This document shows positions 1 through 12,773 of a stretch of DNA of 64,000 nucleotides, in pieces (positions within the stretch are counted from its first letter, which is position 1; every line of letters starts with the position of its first letter). Source of the stretch: Octopus vulgaris (Eukaryota). The translations under genes and the position numbers were made by a program. The stretch is from assembly GCA_951406725.2 (NCBI GenBank), contig OX597815.1:181102001-181166000 (forward strand), read 5' to 3'. A model generated the notes under the pieces. The model was not told the DNA's origin. It worked only from the letters and a program-made list of their open reading frames with translations, and did not search any database.

Positions 1-392
1 AAATCATACCCTACTGTATTTATGCAGTTCTATATAACCCTGAAAGTGTCAAGATGTACTTGATCACAGGTCTGTTCTGTCACAAATTACTTGGGGTTAA
101 ACAACAATGATAGTAACAATAGCTGTTTCCCATCACAAAATCCTACATTAAAAACTTCACTACTTTCAGGGTTATGTAGAACTACATACATACTGTAGAG
201 TGTGATTTCATGGAGGACTGGCTGTCGAGCGGCCTGGCTGGGGTTTCTTCATTGGCTCGAGTTATAACGAGAAATAGAGAAGTAGATACATTTTTTTTTG
301 TCTTAAGAGAAGCAGGGCTTTTGTAGACAAAGCAGATCATAAATCTTGGAAATCTATTCGCTGTCTACATTTTCTAAAATATGAAATTATAT

Positions 393-604
393 CCTTTTCT
401 ACTCTAGGCGCAAGGCCCGAAATTTTGGGGAGGGGGATCAGTTGATTGGATCGACCCCAGTACTGGTACTTAATTTATTGACCCCACTAAAAGATGAAAG
501 ACAAAGTCGACCTCGGCGTAATTTGAACTCAAACCGTAAAGACAGACGAAATACTGTTAAGCATTTCACCCGGCATGCTAACGTTTCTGCCAGTTCGCCG
601 CCTT
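393..604 (-). mobile_element. SINE family A (tRNA-like head GGCGGCGAGCTGGCAG, central GCCTTTCATCCTTTCGGGGTCGATAA core)
   Basis: Matches >15 other copies in the window. A/B-box-like head (CTGGCAGAAACGTTAG ... GAGTTCAAATTCC) on the minus strand. Confidence 0.85.
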
Positions 605-629
605 AATATTAAATTATATCACACCATCG

Positions 630-1250
630 ATAGATGTGACTGTATGGCAAGAAGTTTGTTTCCCAGCTACATGGTTCCGGGTTCAGTTCCACCGTGTGGC
701 ATCTTGGGCAAGTGTCTTCAAGCCGACCAAAGCCTTGTAGGTGGATTTGGTAGATGGAAACAAAAAGAAGCCCGTCGTATATTTGTATATATATGGATAT
801 ACATGTGTGGGTCTGTGCCAGTGTTTCTCCCCCACCTATTTCTTTACTACCCACAAGGGGCTAAACACAGAGGGGACAAACAAGGACAGACACACAGATT
901 AAGTCGATTATATCGACCCAGTGAGTAACTGGTACATATTTAATCGACCCCGAAAGGATGAAAGGCAAAGTCGACCTCGGCGGAATTTGAACTCACAACG
1001 TAACGGCAGACGAAATACGGCTACGCATTTCGCCCGGCGTGCTAACGTTTCTGCCAGCTCGCCGCCTTCTCCCCCACCACTACTTGACAACCAGTGTGGT
1101 TTGTTTACGTCTCCATAACTTAGCAGTTCGGCTAAAGAGACCGATAGAATAAGCTTTACAAAATATGTACAGCGGTCCAATCGTTCAACTAAAAATTCTC
1201 GAAATTGGTATCCCAGCATGGCCAAAGTCAAATGACTGAACCGGTAAAAG
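630..1250 (+). mobile_element. SINE family B copy interrupted by a family A copy (837-1068, minus)
   Basis: Family B body/tail (GGTTCAGT..CTTGGGCAAGTG..CAGCATGGCC). The nested copy is flanked by duplicated TTCTCCCCCACC. Confidence 0.8.
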
Positions 1251-1277
1251 AAAAATATTTCAAAGATGTGGAGTAAT

Positions 1278-1840
1278 CGTGGCACTCTGTTGGAACAGCC
1301 AATCAACGGAACAGCCTGCTCGTGAAATTAACGTGCAAGTGGCTGAGCACTCGACAGACATGTGTACCTATTTCTTTACTACCCACAAGGGGCTAAACGC
1401 AGAGGGGACAAACAAGGACAGACAAACGGATTAAGTCGATTACATCGACCCCAGTGCGTAACTGGTACTTATTTAATCGATGCCGAAAGGATGAAAGGCA
1501 AAGTCGACCTCGGTGGAATTTGAACTCAGAAGGTAACGGCAGACGAAATACGGCTACGCATTTCGCCCGGCGTGCTAACGATTCTGCCAGCTCACCACCT
1601 TCTCCACAGACATGTGTACCCTTAACGTAGTTCTCGGTGAGATTCAGTGTGACACAGAGTGCGACAAGGATGGCCCTTTGAAATACAGAAAAACAGAAGC
1701 AAGAAGAAAGTGCTGGAGCCTCGTGGAGCTTTAAATGTTTTTGCTCAATAAACATTCACAACACCCGGTCTAGGAATCGAGATCGTGATCCTACAACCGC
1801 GAGTCCGCTGCCCTAACCACTGGGCCATTACGCGTGCACC
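1278..1840 (-). mobile_element. SINE family C copy interrupted by a family A copy (1369-1601)
   Basis: Reverse complement of the family C head near 1790-1840. The nested element is flanked by duplicated CAGACATGTGTACC. Confidence 0.8.
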
Positions 1841-2027
1841 TGTCGAGTAATGAATTTGACAAGAATATATATCTTTTATTTTTTTTTCATATAATGTTTG
1901 AAAACAACTTATCTGCACTCGTTGTCCATTTAAAGTTGCTATAAAATTAACATAAATACACAATAATTTATGTAGCAGCAATGAAATCGTACCGTATTAA
2001 AGGAAATTTGCAATGTAAATTCTTCTA

Positions 2028-3000
2028 GGTCAGTGATCTGACAGAATCGTTGGCATGCTAAACGTTTTCATGCCGGGCGAAATGCTTAGCGATATTTCGT
2101 CTGCCGCTACGTTCTGAGTTCAAATTCCACCGAGGTCGACTTTGCCTTTCATCCTTTCGGGGTCGATAAATTAAGTACCAGTTGCGTACTTGGGACGATC
2201 TAATCGACTACCACCCCACCCCAGAAAAAAATTTCGGGCCTTGTACCTACAGTAGAAAAGAATCGTTAGCAAGCCGGGCATTTCTCACGTCTTTGTGCTT
2301 TGAGTTCAAATTCCGCCGAGGTCACTTTTGCCTCTTATCCTTTACATGTTTTAGGGGGGGGGGTTGATAGAATACGTACCAGCTGGGCACTAGGTTCGAT
2401 GTAATCGACTGCCTCCCGCCACTTCCCGAACTTGCTGGCCTTGTGCCAAAATTCGAAACCAGTAACTTTTACTTGTTTCAGGCATCAGACTGCGGCCATA
2501 CTGGGGCAGTGCCTTGAAAGATTTTTAGTCGAATGAATCGATTCCAGAAATTTTAAAAGTTTGGTGCTTATTCTATCGGTGTCTTTTGCCGAACCGCTAG
2601 GTTTCTGGGACGTAAACACACCAACACCAGTTGTCAAGCGGTGGTGGGATACACAAACAAACACACATACACACACACGTATATGTATACACGACGGGCT
2701 TCTTTTAACTGATATTTGTCCTTTTTAATTGAGGAAATATCAGCAAAAGTCTTGAATAATCTTTTAATATTATCGAAGTAAAAATAGGCGGTGAGTTGGC
2801 AGAATCGTTGCTGCGTCGAACAAAAATGCTTAGCGGCATTTCGTCCACTCAGAACGTAAGTTCTGAGTTCAAATTCCACCGAGGGCGGCTTTGTTTTACA
2901 TCCTTTCGGAGTCTATAAAAATAGTCGATCACTGGGATCGATGTAATCTATTCAGCTCCCTCCCTCGAAATTGCTGACCCATTACCAAAATTTGGAACCA
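2028..3000. mobile_element. Cluster of three family A SINEs (+) and one family B SINE remnant (-, ~2465-2705)
   Basis: Repeated GAGTTCAAATTCC(A/G)CCGAGG..TCATCCTTTC motifs, plus the reverse family B tail. Confidence 0.75.
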
Positions 3001-3049
3001 ATATTATTTAACTAAAAGCGTTTATTCATGAGGTATTTCCTTTTATATT

Positions 3050-3645
3050 TTGCAGACTTAGTTGTTACATTTACGTTGATGACTTCTCCTTTGATAACAT
3101 TCCTAATCTGTGCGGTTGAATTGTTTCTTCACCTGCAATTAATCTCAGGTATGTTAGTCCACCCGCTCTGCTGTGAGGAGCATATAAATTGTTAGCGTGT
3201 GAATAGTGAAGTTGGGAAATACACTTCGCACCACTTTACATTTTTTCCTTGAATTTTCCTTTATCGACACAACAAAAGTGGACCTTATAAGAAATTGCAA
3301 TTTTTCTAGAATGAACGGTTATTCAATGTCAGACGGTTGAGGGCAAATCCGCGAATCATGAACATTCTTCGCCGAGTTTGCGATGGTCAGTAAATTGTTA
3401 AGAGCATTGAGGACTATGTATTGCAGCGACCATTTCTGTTGTCTAAGTGTTGGAGAAGTAATACTGGAGCTCGCATCTTGATTTTATTATGTGAAGGGTA
3501 GACCCCTTATATTTAGTGAATTCAGAAATTCTGTGGGATAAGGAAGACTTTGATTTTCTTCTGCCACCGAGTCTACGTTTCTCAACGTAATCACATTACC
3601 AGCAATTTGTTTTATAATTTCATCGTTTAGTTGATCAACCTAATC
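3050..3645 (-). pseudogene. Decayed Helitron PIF1-family helicase, C-terminal part
   Basis: Manual minus-strand translation: VDQLNDEIIKQIAGNVITLRNVDSVAEENQSLPYPTEFLNSLNIRGLP / (frameshift) KMRAPVLLLQHLDNRNGRCN / SRICPQPSDIE*PFILEKLQFLIRSTF. These match the Helitron helicase motifs YPxEFLNSL..GLPPH, LLRNL..GLCNG and PRI..P..R.QFP. Frameshifts and stops are present. Confidence 0.85.
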
Positions 3646-3664
3646 GATTTTGCTGTTGTTGTCT

Positions 3665-4150
3665 TCTTCTTCCAGTCAGGACTCACGCCATTAGCCACAA
3701 AGAATAATCTCTATTTCGAGCCTACTCTAAGCTACTAAGAATGCGTGTGGCAACTTGAAAATCCACCCGCCACACGCGATAGACTGGCGGTCGCCGGGCG
3801 CGAAAGCTACGTCGTTATCCTCATCCCGATAACGGTGGCTTTTAACGGGTGGAGAGCTGAACCATCCTGGGGTACAGAGGATTCGCAATCTAGACTAGGG
3901 TCTGAAAGTTTACCACACCATAGTGGGTTACACCATGGTTCCTCTGCTTTGTGGCAGAAGCAGGAAGAAAGAGTGAGAAGAAAGTTGCGGTGAAAGAGTA
4001 CAGCGGGGTTCACCCCCACCCCGCCGGATCTTCATGGAGCTTAGGTGTTTTTGCTCAATAAACACTCACAATGCCCGGTCTGGGAATCGAAACCGCGTTC
4101 TTACGACCGCGAGTCCGCTGCCCTAACCACTGGGCCTTTGCGCCTCCACT
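3665..4150 (-). mobile_element. SINE family C copy with a distinct ~290-bp tail
   Basis: Reverse family C head at ~4070-4150. The tail (3665-3955) differs from the other family C tails. Confidence 0.65.
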
Positions 4151-4212
4151 GCTTCTGTTGCTGTTTGTTTGTTTGTTGAGCCAAGTGGCTTATAGGCGCA
4201 GAAGTGGCTTAT

Positions 4213-4617
4213 AGGCGCAGGAGTGGCTGTGTGGTAAGTAGCTTGCTTACCAACCATATGGTTCCGGGTTCAGTCCCACGGCGTGGCATCTTAGGCAAGT
4301 GTCTTCTGCTATAGCCCCGGGCCGACCAATGCCTTGTGAGTGGATTTGGTAGACGGAAACTGAAAGAAGCCTGTCGTATATATGTATATATATATATATA
4401 TATATGTGTATGTGTGTGTGTTTGTCCCCCCAGCATTGCTTGACAACCGATGCTGGTGTGTTTACGTCCCCGTCACTTAGCGGTTCGGCAAAAGAGACTG
4501 ATAGAATAAGTACTGGGCTTACAAAGAATAAGTCCCGGGGTCGATTTGCTCGACTAAAGGCGGTGCTCCAGCATGACCGCAGTCAAATGACTGAAACAAG
4601 TAAAAGAGTAAAGAGTA
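4213..4617 (+). mobile_element. Full-length SINE family B (head GGCGCAGGAGTGGCTGTGTGG, internal (TA)(TG) tract, tail CAGCATGGCCGCAGTCAAATGACTGAAAC)
   Basis: A-box TGGCTGTGTGG, B-box-like GGTTCAGTCCC, and a GTAAAAGA tail repeat. Duplicate at 8612-9014. Confidence 0.9.
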
Positions 4618-4961
4618 AGCGGTCTTCGTCCTTAGTGGGAGAAGTCCGAAATGTGGTCCTTTACTATTCGTAAGACCCGCAGAAGAGAAAGCAGGTCAAC
4701 CCCGACACCGAGAGCATCGACGGATGGATGAATGCGCATCCAGGTTGCGTAGGAAGTCGGGGACAAGAAATAGGAAGAAAGAGTGAGAGAAAATAGGAGC
4801 GAAAGAGTACAACAGGGGTCGCCACCACCCCCTGCCGGAGGCTCGTGGAGCTTTAAGTATTTTCGCTCAATAAACACACATAACGCTCGGTGTGGAAATC
4901 GAAACCGCATTCTTACGACCGCGAGTCCGCTGCCCTAACCACTGGGCCATTGCGTGTCCAC
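4617..4961 (-). mobile_element. SINE family C (tail variant shared with 30115-30462)
   Basis: Reverse head GCAATGGCCCAGTGGTTAGGGCAGCGGACTCGCGG. The body matches 30115-30462. Confidence 0.85.
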
Positions 4962-5500
4962 TTGTTGCTGCTGTAGTTAGAATAGGTCCTGAAGATATCC
5001 ATTGCTCATTTTTGTAGCGTGTTGCTAGACTGGCAATAACAATACCGGAATTCTTTTTTTTCTTTTATTGTTTTCTCTCTCTCATCTATTTCTAGCAAAT
5101 AGTTTCCATGATGTTTTAGCCGATTAAACACAGCAAAATCTTCAAGAACGGTCAGTCCGTCCGAGACAGTTTATTTGCTCCACTTCGAACATCAAGAAAC
5201 CATTTCACTGTCGTCGATTTTCCTTTCGGTTCACTCAAAAGCAATCCTGTAGGTTATTCTGCAGATTTATGCGAAACAGTTGAACAGAAGGATTGGCGGA
5301 AGGATTAAGGCGCTAATTTATTGTTCGTTGTCCCCAGCTGGCAAACCCCAACTGTTGACATTAATATCGAGTCAATTGATTATCCAGTGCGAACAGCAGC
5401 ATGTCATGGCTGCTTCTTTTGCATTCTCAATTGTTTCGCTTTTGTAACGTGATAAAAGTATCAATAATATTGCCACGAAACATGATATTATAAATTTAAA
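4962..5500 (-). pseudogene. Upstream continuation of the decayed Helitron helicase
   Basis: LLEIDE...LATRYKNEQWISSGPILTT resembles the LLxIGEG...W...RAILxP segment that precedes VDxxN in Helitron PIF1 helicases. Duplicated at ~9358-9900. Left boundary of the homology is approximate. Confidence 0.55.
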
Positions 5501-5851
5501 GGCCCAGACAGAGAACAGAAAGAAAGAATTGCAACGAATAAAATTCTCAGTTTTCTGTAGACTGAGTCGATGTTGTCTCATTCTGGCTTACTTGTCATTC
5601 TCGATAATTCGGAAGGAGATTCAATATTTAGCATGTTTTAAACTCTCTTACAGTTCTCGCTGTTGACTGTATATGCAACCCGCCAAAACTTAGTTTCGCG
5701 ATGAAGCTGTTCCGATGATCGGATCAACTGGAACCCTCGTTGTCATAACCGGCGGAGTGTCAGTGGGACGAGTTACATCAGCACGCAACCCATGTCCTAC
5801 TTCTTTTGTAACAGCCAACACTCTTCTTTCTTCTGGTGGTTAATGTTACAG

Positions 5852-6216
5852 AGTGGAGGCGCAATGGCCCAGTGGTTAGGGCAGCAGACTCGCGATTACC
5901 AGACCGGGCGTTGTGAGTGTTTATTGAGTAAAAACACCTAACGTTCCGCGAGGCTCCAACAAGGGGTGGTGGTGAACCCTGCTGTACTCTTTTACGACAG
6001 CTTTCTCTTACTCTTTCTTCCTGTTTCTGTTGTACCTGTATTTCTAAGGGTCAGCCTTGTCACACTCTGTGTCACGGTGAATCTCTCTCCGAGAACTACG
6101 TCAAGGGTACACGTGCTTGTGGAGTGCTCGGCCACTTACACGTTAATTTCACGAGCTGGCCGTCCCGTTGATTGGATCAACTGGAACCCTCGTTGTCGTA
6201 ACCGACGGAGTGCCAC
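5852..6216 (+). mobile_element. SINE family C, full length
   Basis: Head GTGGAGGCGCAATGGCCCAGTGGTTAGG and tail GTCGTAACCGACGGAGTGCCA. Other copies at 10247-10610 and 34323-34650. Confidence 0.9.
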
Positions 6217-6343
6217 GAATGTTACAGCTATTAGTTGCTATACGTATAAGATTTTGTTGTTAAAATTTATTTGTAATAAATCTGCTTCACAAAATATAAA
6301 ATTTATTTTTATACTACCAGGGATGAGGGCTGCTACTTTTAAA

Positions 6344-6665
6344 GGGCAGGCGTGGCTGTGTGGCAAGAAACTTGCTTCCTAACCACTTGGTTCTGGGTTC
6401 TGCGTGACCCCCTTGGGTAAGTGTCTTTTTACTATAGCCTCAGGCCGCCTAAAGCGTTATGAGTGGATTTGGTAGGCGCAAAAATGAAAGCAACCCGTCG
6501 TATATCTGTCTCTCTCTCTATATATATATCGGCAAAAGAGACCAATAGAATAAGTACTAGGTTTACAAAGAATAAGCCCTGGGGTAGATTGTCTTCGTTT
6601 AAAACTTTAAGGAGTTGCTCCAGCATGACCGCAGTCAAATGACTGAAACAAGTAAAAGAATAAAA
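6344..6665 (+). mobile_element. SINE family B, internally deleted
   Basis: Head and tail motifs of family B. Duplicate at 10738-11058. Confidence 0.85.
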
Positions 6666-6883
6666 TAGAAATCGCTAATGACATTTAATTATAAAAATAC
6701 TGTCGGATCTTTTTATACACATCGAATGGCTATACAGGGCCAGGAATCCCAGGGCTTCACAGACAAAAATTGGTTGAGAACCACTTATAATACTTAGAAG
6801 GCAATTGATATATTCGTTATAGCTTGATTCAGACTCAAGGCCAGATAAGAACACTATCATATAGATAAACTGATACCTTAATT

Positions 6884-7184
6884 CAATGCTACTCAAACTG
6901 GGGGTTCGCTCACCGGTTCCGGTCCGCGAGCCATCAGCTGTCGGTACGCAGCAACTTTCCAGAATAGAAAGAAACATTATAGAATGCTTATGTAATATTG
7001 TATTATGTGTTTACAAAATAAATATAAGATAAAAAAATTGTCAACTTTTATTATTTTCATTATATATATCGTTTCCGGTATGAACTAATATTGCTAAGAA
7101 ATATTACCGGTCCCTGGCACATTGGCAAAAAACCCCAAAAAAAACCCTGCCTTTACGCCACATCTGATAGTTTGAAAAGCACTG
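6884..7184. mobile_element. hAT (Charlie-like) MITE
   Basis: Ends CAATGCTACTCAAAC / GTTTGAAAAGCACTG. Degenerate 8-bp TSD CCTTAATT/CCGTAAGT. Confidence 0.7.
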
Positions 7185-7314
7185 CCGTAAGTGACTCTCT
7201 GTCCGCCAATTCTATATAACCCTTGTCTTCTTCATCAATGAGTTGAATCACTCGCTAATGTACACGGAATGCCATGAAATTCGTGCATACTACACAAAGG
7301 ACTCTTAATAATCT

Positions 7315-7508
7315 TGGCAGAAACGTTAGCACGCCGGGCGAAATGCTTAGCGATATTTCATCTCCCGTTACGTTCTGAGTTCAAATTCCGCCGAGGTCGA
7401 CTTTGCCTTTCATCCTTTCGAGATCGATAAATTAAGTACCAGTTTCGTACTGGGGTTGATATAATCGACTGGCCTCCCCCAAAACTTCGGGCCTTGTGCC
7501 CAGAGAAG
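7315..7508 (+). mobile_element. SINE family A
   Basis: Family A head and core. Duplicate at ~11709-11902. Confidence 0.85.
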
Positions 7509-8316
7509 AATATATACATATATGTATGTATATACATACATATATATTCAAATTCGATAAGATGTATTTACTTATTACAGTAAACTAATGGGTATTTTTA
7601 TAACATCTCAGAGGGAGATTTTTATTGCCAATTACAACATTAACATAAAATTTATGCATCATAAATTCAGAAAACGTTTTCTGCGTTGAAGCACACACAC
7701 ACACACACACACACATGCTAGGCAATCTCATCCACCAGGTGACTAAAATTATTCAAATTATAGCGACGTTGATATTTTATGTGGGATATTGCATTTTATT
7801 TCAGAATATATAATTAATTACAGAAATGTACTTGTGACACACACGTTTTTTCGATTGATTGCAGATTTCTCGTTAACATAAAACCACGATAAAAGACACT
7901 CTATGGGGTTACTCGACCTATCAGCCAAAATTCCCTAAAATAACATATACATGTGTGCATTTTTATTCGCCTTTTAGCAATTTTACTTGCTAAACTGTGA
8001 ATAGTATGGTGACTGCCAGCTTATCGAAATTTCTTGGGGTTTCATTACGGGACGAGGTTAAACTCAGTTGATCGCATATTTACTGTCCACCTTTTGCCAT
8101 CTACACTAGCTGCGTAAATGATCAAAACTCACTCATATCCTAACCTTACCTTGGCCTGGCTGTGTGCTAAGAAGCTTGCTTTCAAACCACACTGTTCCGG
8201 GTTCAGTCCCATTGCGTGGCACTTTGGGCAAGTGTCTTCTACTATAGCCTCGGGCCGACCAAAGCCCTTGTGAGTGGATTTGATAGACGAAAACTAAAAG
8301 AAGACCGTCGTTTATG

Positions 8317-8350
<34 letters not shown>

Positions 8351-8381
8351 CACGAGCAAAACGCCCCCCTCCAATGGACGG

Positions 8382-8481
8382 NNNNNNNNNNNNNNNNNNN
8401 NNNNNNNNNNNNNNNNNNNNNNNNNNNNNNNNNNNNNNNNNNNNNNNNNNNNNNNNNNNNNNNNNNNNNNNNNNNNNNNNN
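8382..8481. other. Assembly gap (100 N)
   Basis: Run of N. Confidence 1.
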
Positions 8482-11400
8482 ATCGAAACCGCGTTCTTAC
8501 GACCGCGAGTCCGCTGCCCTAACCACTGGGCCTTTGCGCCTCCACTGCTTCTGTTGCTGTTTGTTTGTTTGTTGAGCCAAGGAGTGGCTTATAGGCGCAG
8601 AAGTGGCTTATAGGCGCAGGAGTGGCTGTGTGGTAAGTAGCTTGCTTACCAACCATATGGTTCCGGGTTCAGTCCCACGGCGTGGCATCTTAGGCAAGTG
8701 TCTTCTGCTATAGCCCCGGGCCGACCAATGCCTTGTGAGTGGATTTGGTAGACGGAAACTGAAAGAAGCCTGTCGTATATATGTATATATATATATATAT
8801 ATATGTGTATGTGTGTGTGTTTGTCCCCCCAGCATTGCTTGACAACCGATGCTGGTGTGTTTACTTCCCCGTCACTTAGCGGTTCGGCAAAAGAGACTGA
8901 TAGAATAAGTACTGGGCTTACAAAGAATAAGTCCCGGGTCGATTTGCTCGACTAAAGGCGGTGCTCCAGCATGACCGCAGTCAAATGACTGAAACAAGTA
9001 AAAGAGTAAAGAGTAAGCGGTCTTCGTCCTTAGTGGGAGAAGTCCGAAATGTGGTCCTTTACTATTCGTAAGACCCGCAGAAGAGAAAGCAGGTCAACCC
9101 CGACACCGAGAGCATCGACGGATGGATGAATGCGCATCCAGGTTGCGTAGGAAGTCGGGGACAAGAAATAGGAAGAAAGAGTGAGAGAAAATAGGAGCGA
9201 AAGAGTACAACAGGGGTCGCCACCACCCCTGCCGGAGGCTCGTGGAGCTTTAAGTATTTTCGCTCAATAAATACACATAACGCTCGGTGTGGAAATCGAA
9301 ACCGCGTTCTTACGACCGCGAGTCCGCTGCCCTAACCACTGGGCCATTGCGTGTCCACTTGTTGCTGCTGTAGTTAGAATAGGTCCTGAAGATATCCATT
9401 GCTCATTTTTGTAGCGTGTTGCTAGACTGGCAGTAACAATACCGGAATTCTTTTTTTCTTTTATTGTTTTCTCTCTCTCATCTATTTCTAGCAAATAGTT
9501 TCCATGATGGTTTAGCCGATTAAACACAGCAAAATCTTCAAGAACGGTCAGTCCGTCCGAGACAGTTTATTTGCTCCACTTCGAACATCAAGAAACCATT
9601 TCACTGTCGTCGATTTTCCTTTCGGTTCACTCAAAAGCAATCCTGTAGGTTATTCTGCAGATTTATGCGAAACAGTTGAACAGAAGGATTGGCGGAAGGA
9701 TTAAGGCGCTAATTTATTGTTCGTTGTCCCCAGCTGGCAAACCCCAACTGTTGACATTAATATCGAGTCAATTGATTATCCAGTGCGAACAGCAGCATGT
9801 CATGGCTGCTTCTTTTGCATTCTCAATTGTTTCGCTTTTGTAACGTGATAAAAGTATCAATAATATTGCCACGAAACATGATATTATAAATTTAAAGGCT
9901 CAGACAGAGAACAGAAAGAAAGAATTGCAACGAATAAAATTCTCAGTTTTCTGTAGACTGAGTCGATGTTGTCTCATTCTGGCTTACTTGTCATTCTCGA
10001 TAATTCGGAAGGAGATTCAATATTTAGCATGTTTTAAACTCTTACAGTTCTCGCTGTTGACTGTATATGCAACCCGCCAAAACTTAGTTTCGCGATGAAG
10101 CTGTTCCGATGATCGGATCAACTGGAACCCTCGTTGTCATAACCGGCGGAGTGTCAGTGGGACGAGTTACATCAGCACGCAACCCATGTCCTACTTCTTT
10201 TGTAACAGCCAACACTCTTCTTTCTTCTGGTGGTTAATGTTACAGAGTGGAGGCGCAATGGCCCAGTGGTTAGGGCAGCAGACTCGCGATTACCAGACCG
10301 GGCGTTGTGAGTGTTTATTGAGTAAAAACACCTAACGTTCCGCGAGGCTCCAACAAGGGGTGGTGGTGAACCCTGCTGTACTCTTTTACGACAGCTTTCT
10401 CTTACTCTTTCTTCCTGTTTCTGTTGTACCTGTATTTCTAAGGGTCAGCCTTGTCACACTCTGTGTCACGGTGAATCTCTCTCCGAGAACTACGTCAAGG
10501 GTACACGTGCTTGTGGAGTGCTCGGCCACTTACACGTTAATTTCACGAGCTGGCCGTCCCGTTGATTGGATCAACTAGAACCCTCGTTGTCGTAACCGAC
10601 GGAGTGCCACGAATGTTACAGCTATTAGTTGCTATACGTATAAGATTTTGTTGTTAAAATTTATTTGTAATAAATCTGCTTCACAAAATATAAAATTTAT
10701 TTTTATACTACCAGGGATGAGGGCTGCTACTTTTAAAGGGCAGGCGTGGCTGTGTGGCAAGAAACTTGCTTCCTAACCACTTGGTTCTGGGTTCTGCGTG
10801 ACCCCCTTGGGTAAGTGTCTTTTTACTATAGCCTCAGGCCGCCTAAAGCGTTATGAGTGGATTTGGTAGGCGCAAAAATGAAAGCAACCCGTCGTATATC
10901 TGTCTCTCTCTCTATATATATATCGGCAAAAGAGACCAATAGAATAAGTACTAGGTTTACAAAGAATAAGCCCTGGGGTAGATTGTCTTCGTTTAAAACT
11001 TTAAGGAGTTGCTCCAGCATGACCGCAGTCAAATGACTGAAACAAGTAAAAGAATAAAATAGAAATCGCTAATGACATTTAATTATAAAAATACTGTCGG
11101 ATCTTTTTATACACATCGAATGGCTATACAGGGCCAGGAATCCCAGGGCTTCACAGACAAAAATTGGTTGAGAACCACTTATAATACTTAGAAGGCAATT
11201 GATATATTCGTTATAGCTTGATTCAGACTCAAGGCCAGATAAGAACACTATCATATAGATAAACTGATACCTTAATTCAATGCTACTCAAACTGGGGGTT
11301 CGCTCACCGGTTCCGGTCCGCGAGCCATCAGCTGTCGGTACGCAGCAACTTTCCAGAATAGAAAGAAACATTATAGAATGCTTATGTAATATTGTATTAT

Positions 11401-12710
11401 GTGTTTACAAAATAAATATAAGATAAAAAAATTGTCAACTTTTATTATTTTCATTATATATATCGTTTCCGGTATGAACTAATATTGCTAAGAAATATTA
11501 CCGGTCCCTGGCACATTGGCAAAAAACCCCAAAAAAAACCCTGCCTTTACGCCACATCTGATAGTTTGAAAAGCACTGCCGTAAGTGACTCTCTGTCCGC
11601 CAATTCTATATAACCCTTGTCTTCTTCATCAATGAGTTGAATCACTCGCTAATGTACACGGAATGCCATGAAATTCGTGCATACTACACAAAGGACTCTT
11701 AATAATCTTGGCAGAAACGTTAGCACGCCGGGCGAAATGCTTAGCGATATTTCATCTCCCGTTACGTTCTGAGTTCAAATTCCGCCGAGGTCGACTTTGC
11801 CTTTCATCCTTTCGAGATCGATAAATTAAGTACCAGTTTCGTACTGGGGTTGATATAATCGACTGGCCTCCCCCAAAACTTCGGGCCTTGTGCCCAGAGA
11901 AGAATATATACATATATGTATGTATATACATACATATATATTCAAATTCGATAAGATGTATTTACTTATTACAGTAAACTAATGGGTATTTTTATAACAT
12001 CTCAGAGGGAGATTTTTATTGCCAATTACAACATTAACATAAAATTTATGCATCATAAATTCAGAAAACGTTTTCTGCGTTGAAGCACACACACACACAC
12101 ACACACACATGCTAGGCAATCTCATCCACCAGGTGACTAAAATTATTCAAATTATAGCGACGTTGATATTTTATGTGGGATATTGCATTTTATTTCAGAA
12201 TATATAATTAATTACAGAAATGTACTTGTGACACACACGTTTTTTCGATTGATTGCAGATTTCTCGTTAACATAAAACCACGATAAAAGACACTCTATGG
12301 GGTTACTCGACCTATCAGCCAAAATTCCCTAAAATAACATATACATGTGTGCATTTTTATTCGCCTTTTAGCAATTTTACTTGCTAAACTGTGAATAGTA
12401 TGGTGACTGCCAGCTTATCGAAATTTCTTGGGGTTTCATTACGGGACGAGGTTAAACTCAGTTGATCGCATATTTACTGTCCACCTTTTGCCATCTACAC
12501 TAGCTGCGTAAATGATCAAAACTCACTCATATCCTAACCTTACCTTGGCCTGGCTGTGTGCTAAGAAGCTTGCTTTCAAACCACACTGTTCCGGGTTCAG
12601 TCCCATTGCGTGGCACTTTGGGCAAGTGTCTTCTACTATAGCCTCGGGCCGACCAAAGCCCTTGTGAGTGGATTTGATAGACGAAAACTAAAAGAAGACC
12701 GTCGTTTATG

Positions 12711-12742
<32 letters not shown>

Positions 12743-12773
12743 CACGAGCAAAACGCCCCCCTCCAATGGACGG
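8482..12773. repeat. 4.3-kb direct duplication, copy 2
   Basis: Near-identical to 4086-8381. Confidence 0.95.

Larger units (their letters stand above)
4086..8381. repeat. 4.3-kb direct duplication, copy 1 (copy 2 = 8482-12773), separated by 100 N
   Basis: Base-by-base near identity with only scattered SNPs/indels. Both copies abut the gap at 8382-8481. Confidence 0.95.

Noticed and set aside
3056-3148. Plus-strand exon (ttgcag|...CAG|gtatgt)
   Set aside because: Lies antisense within the Helitron helicase fossil and has no recognisable product.
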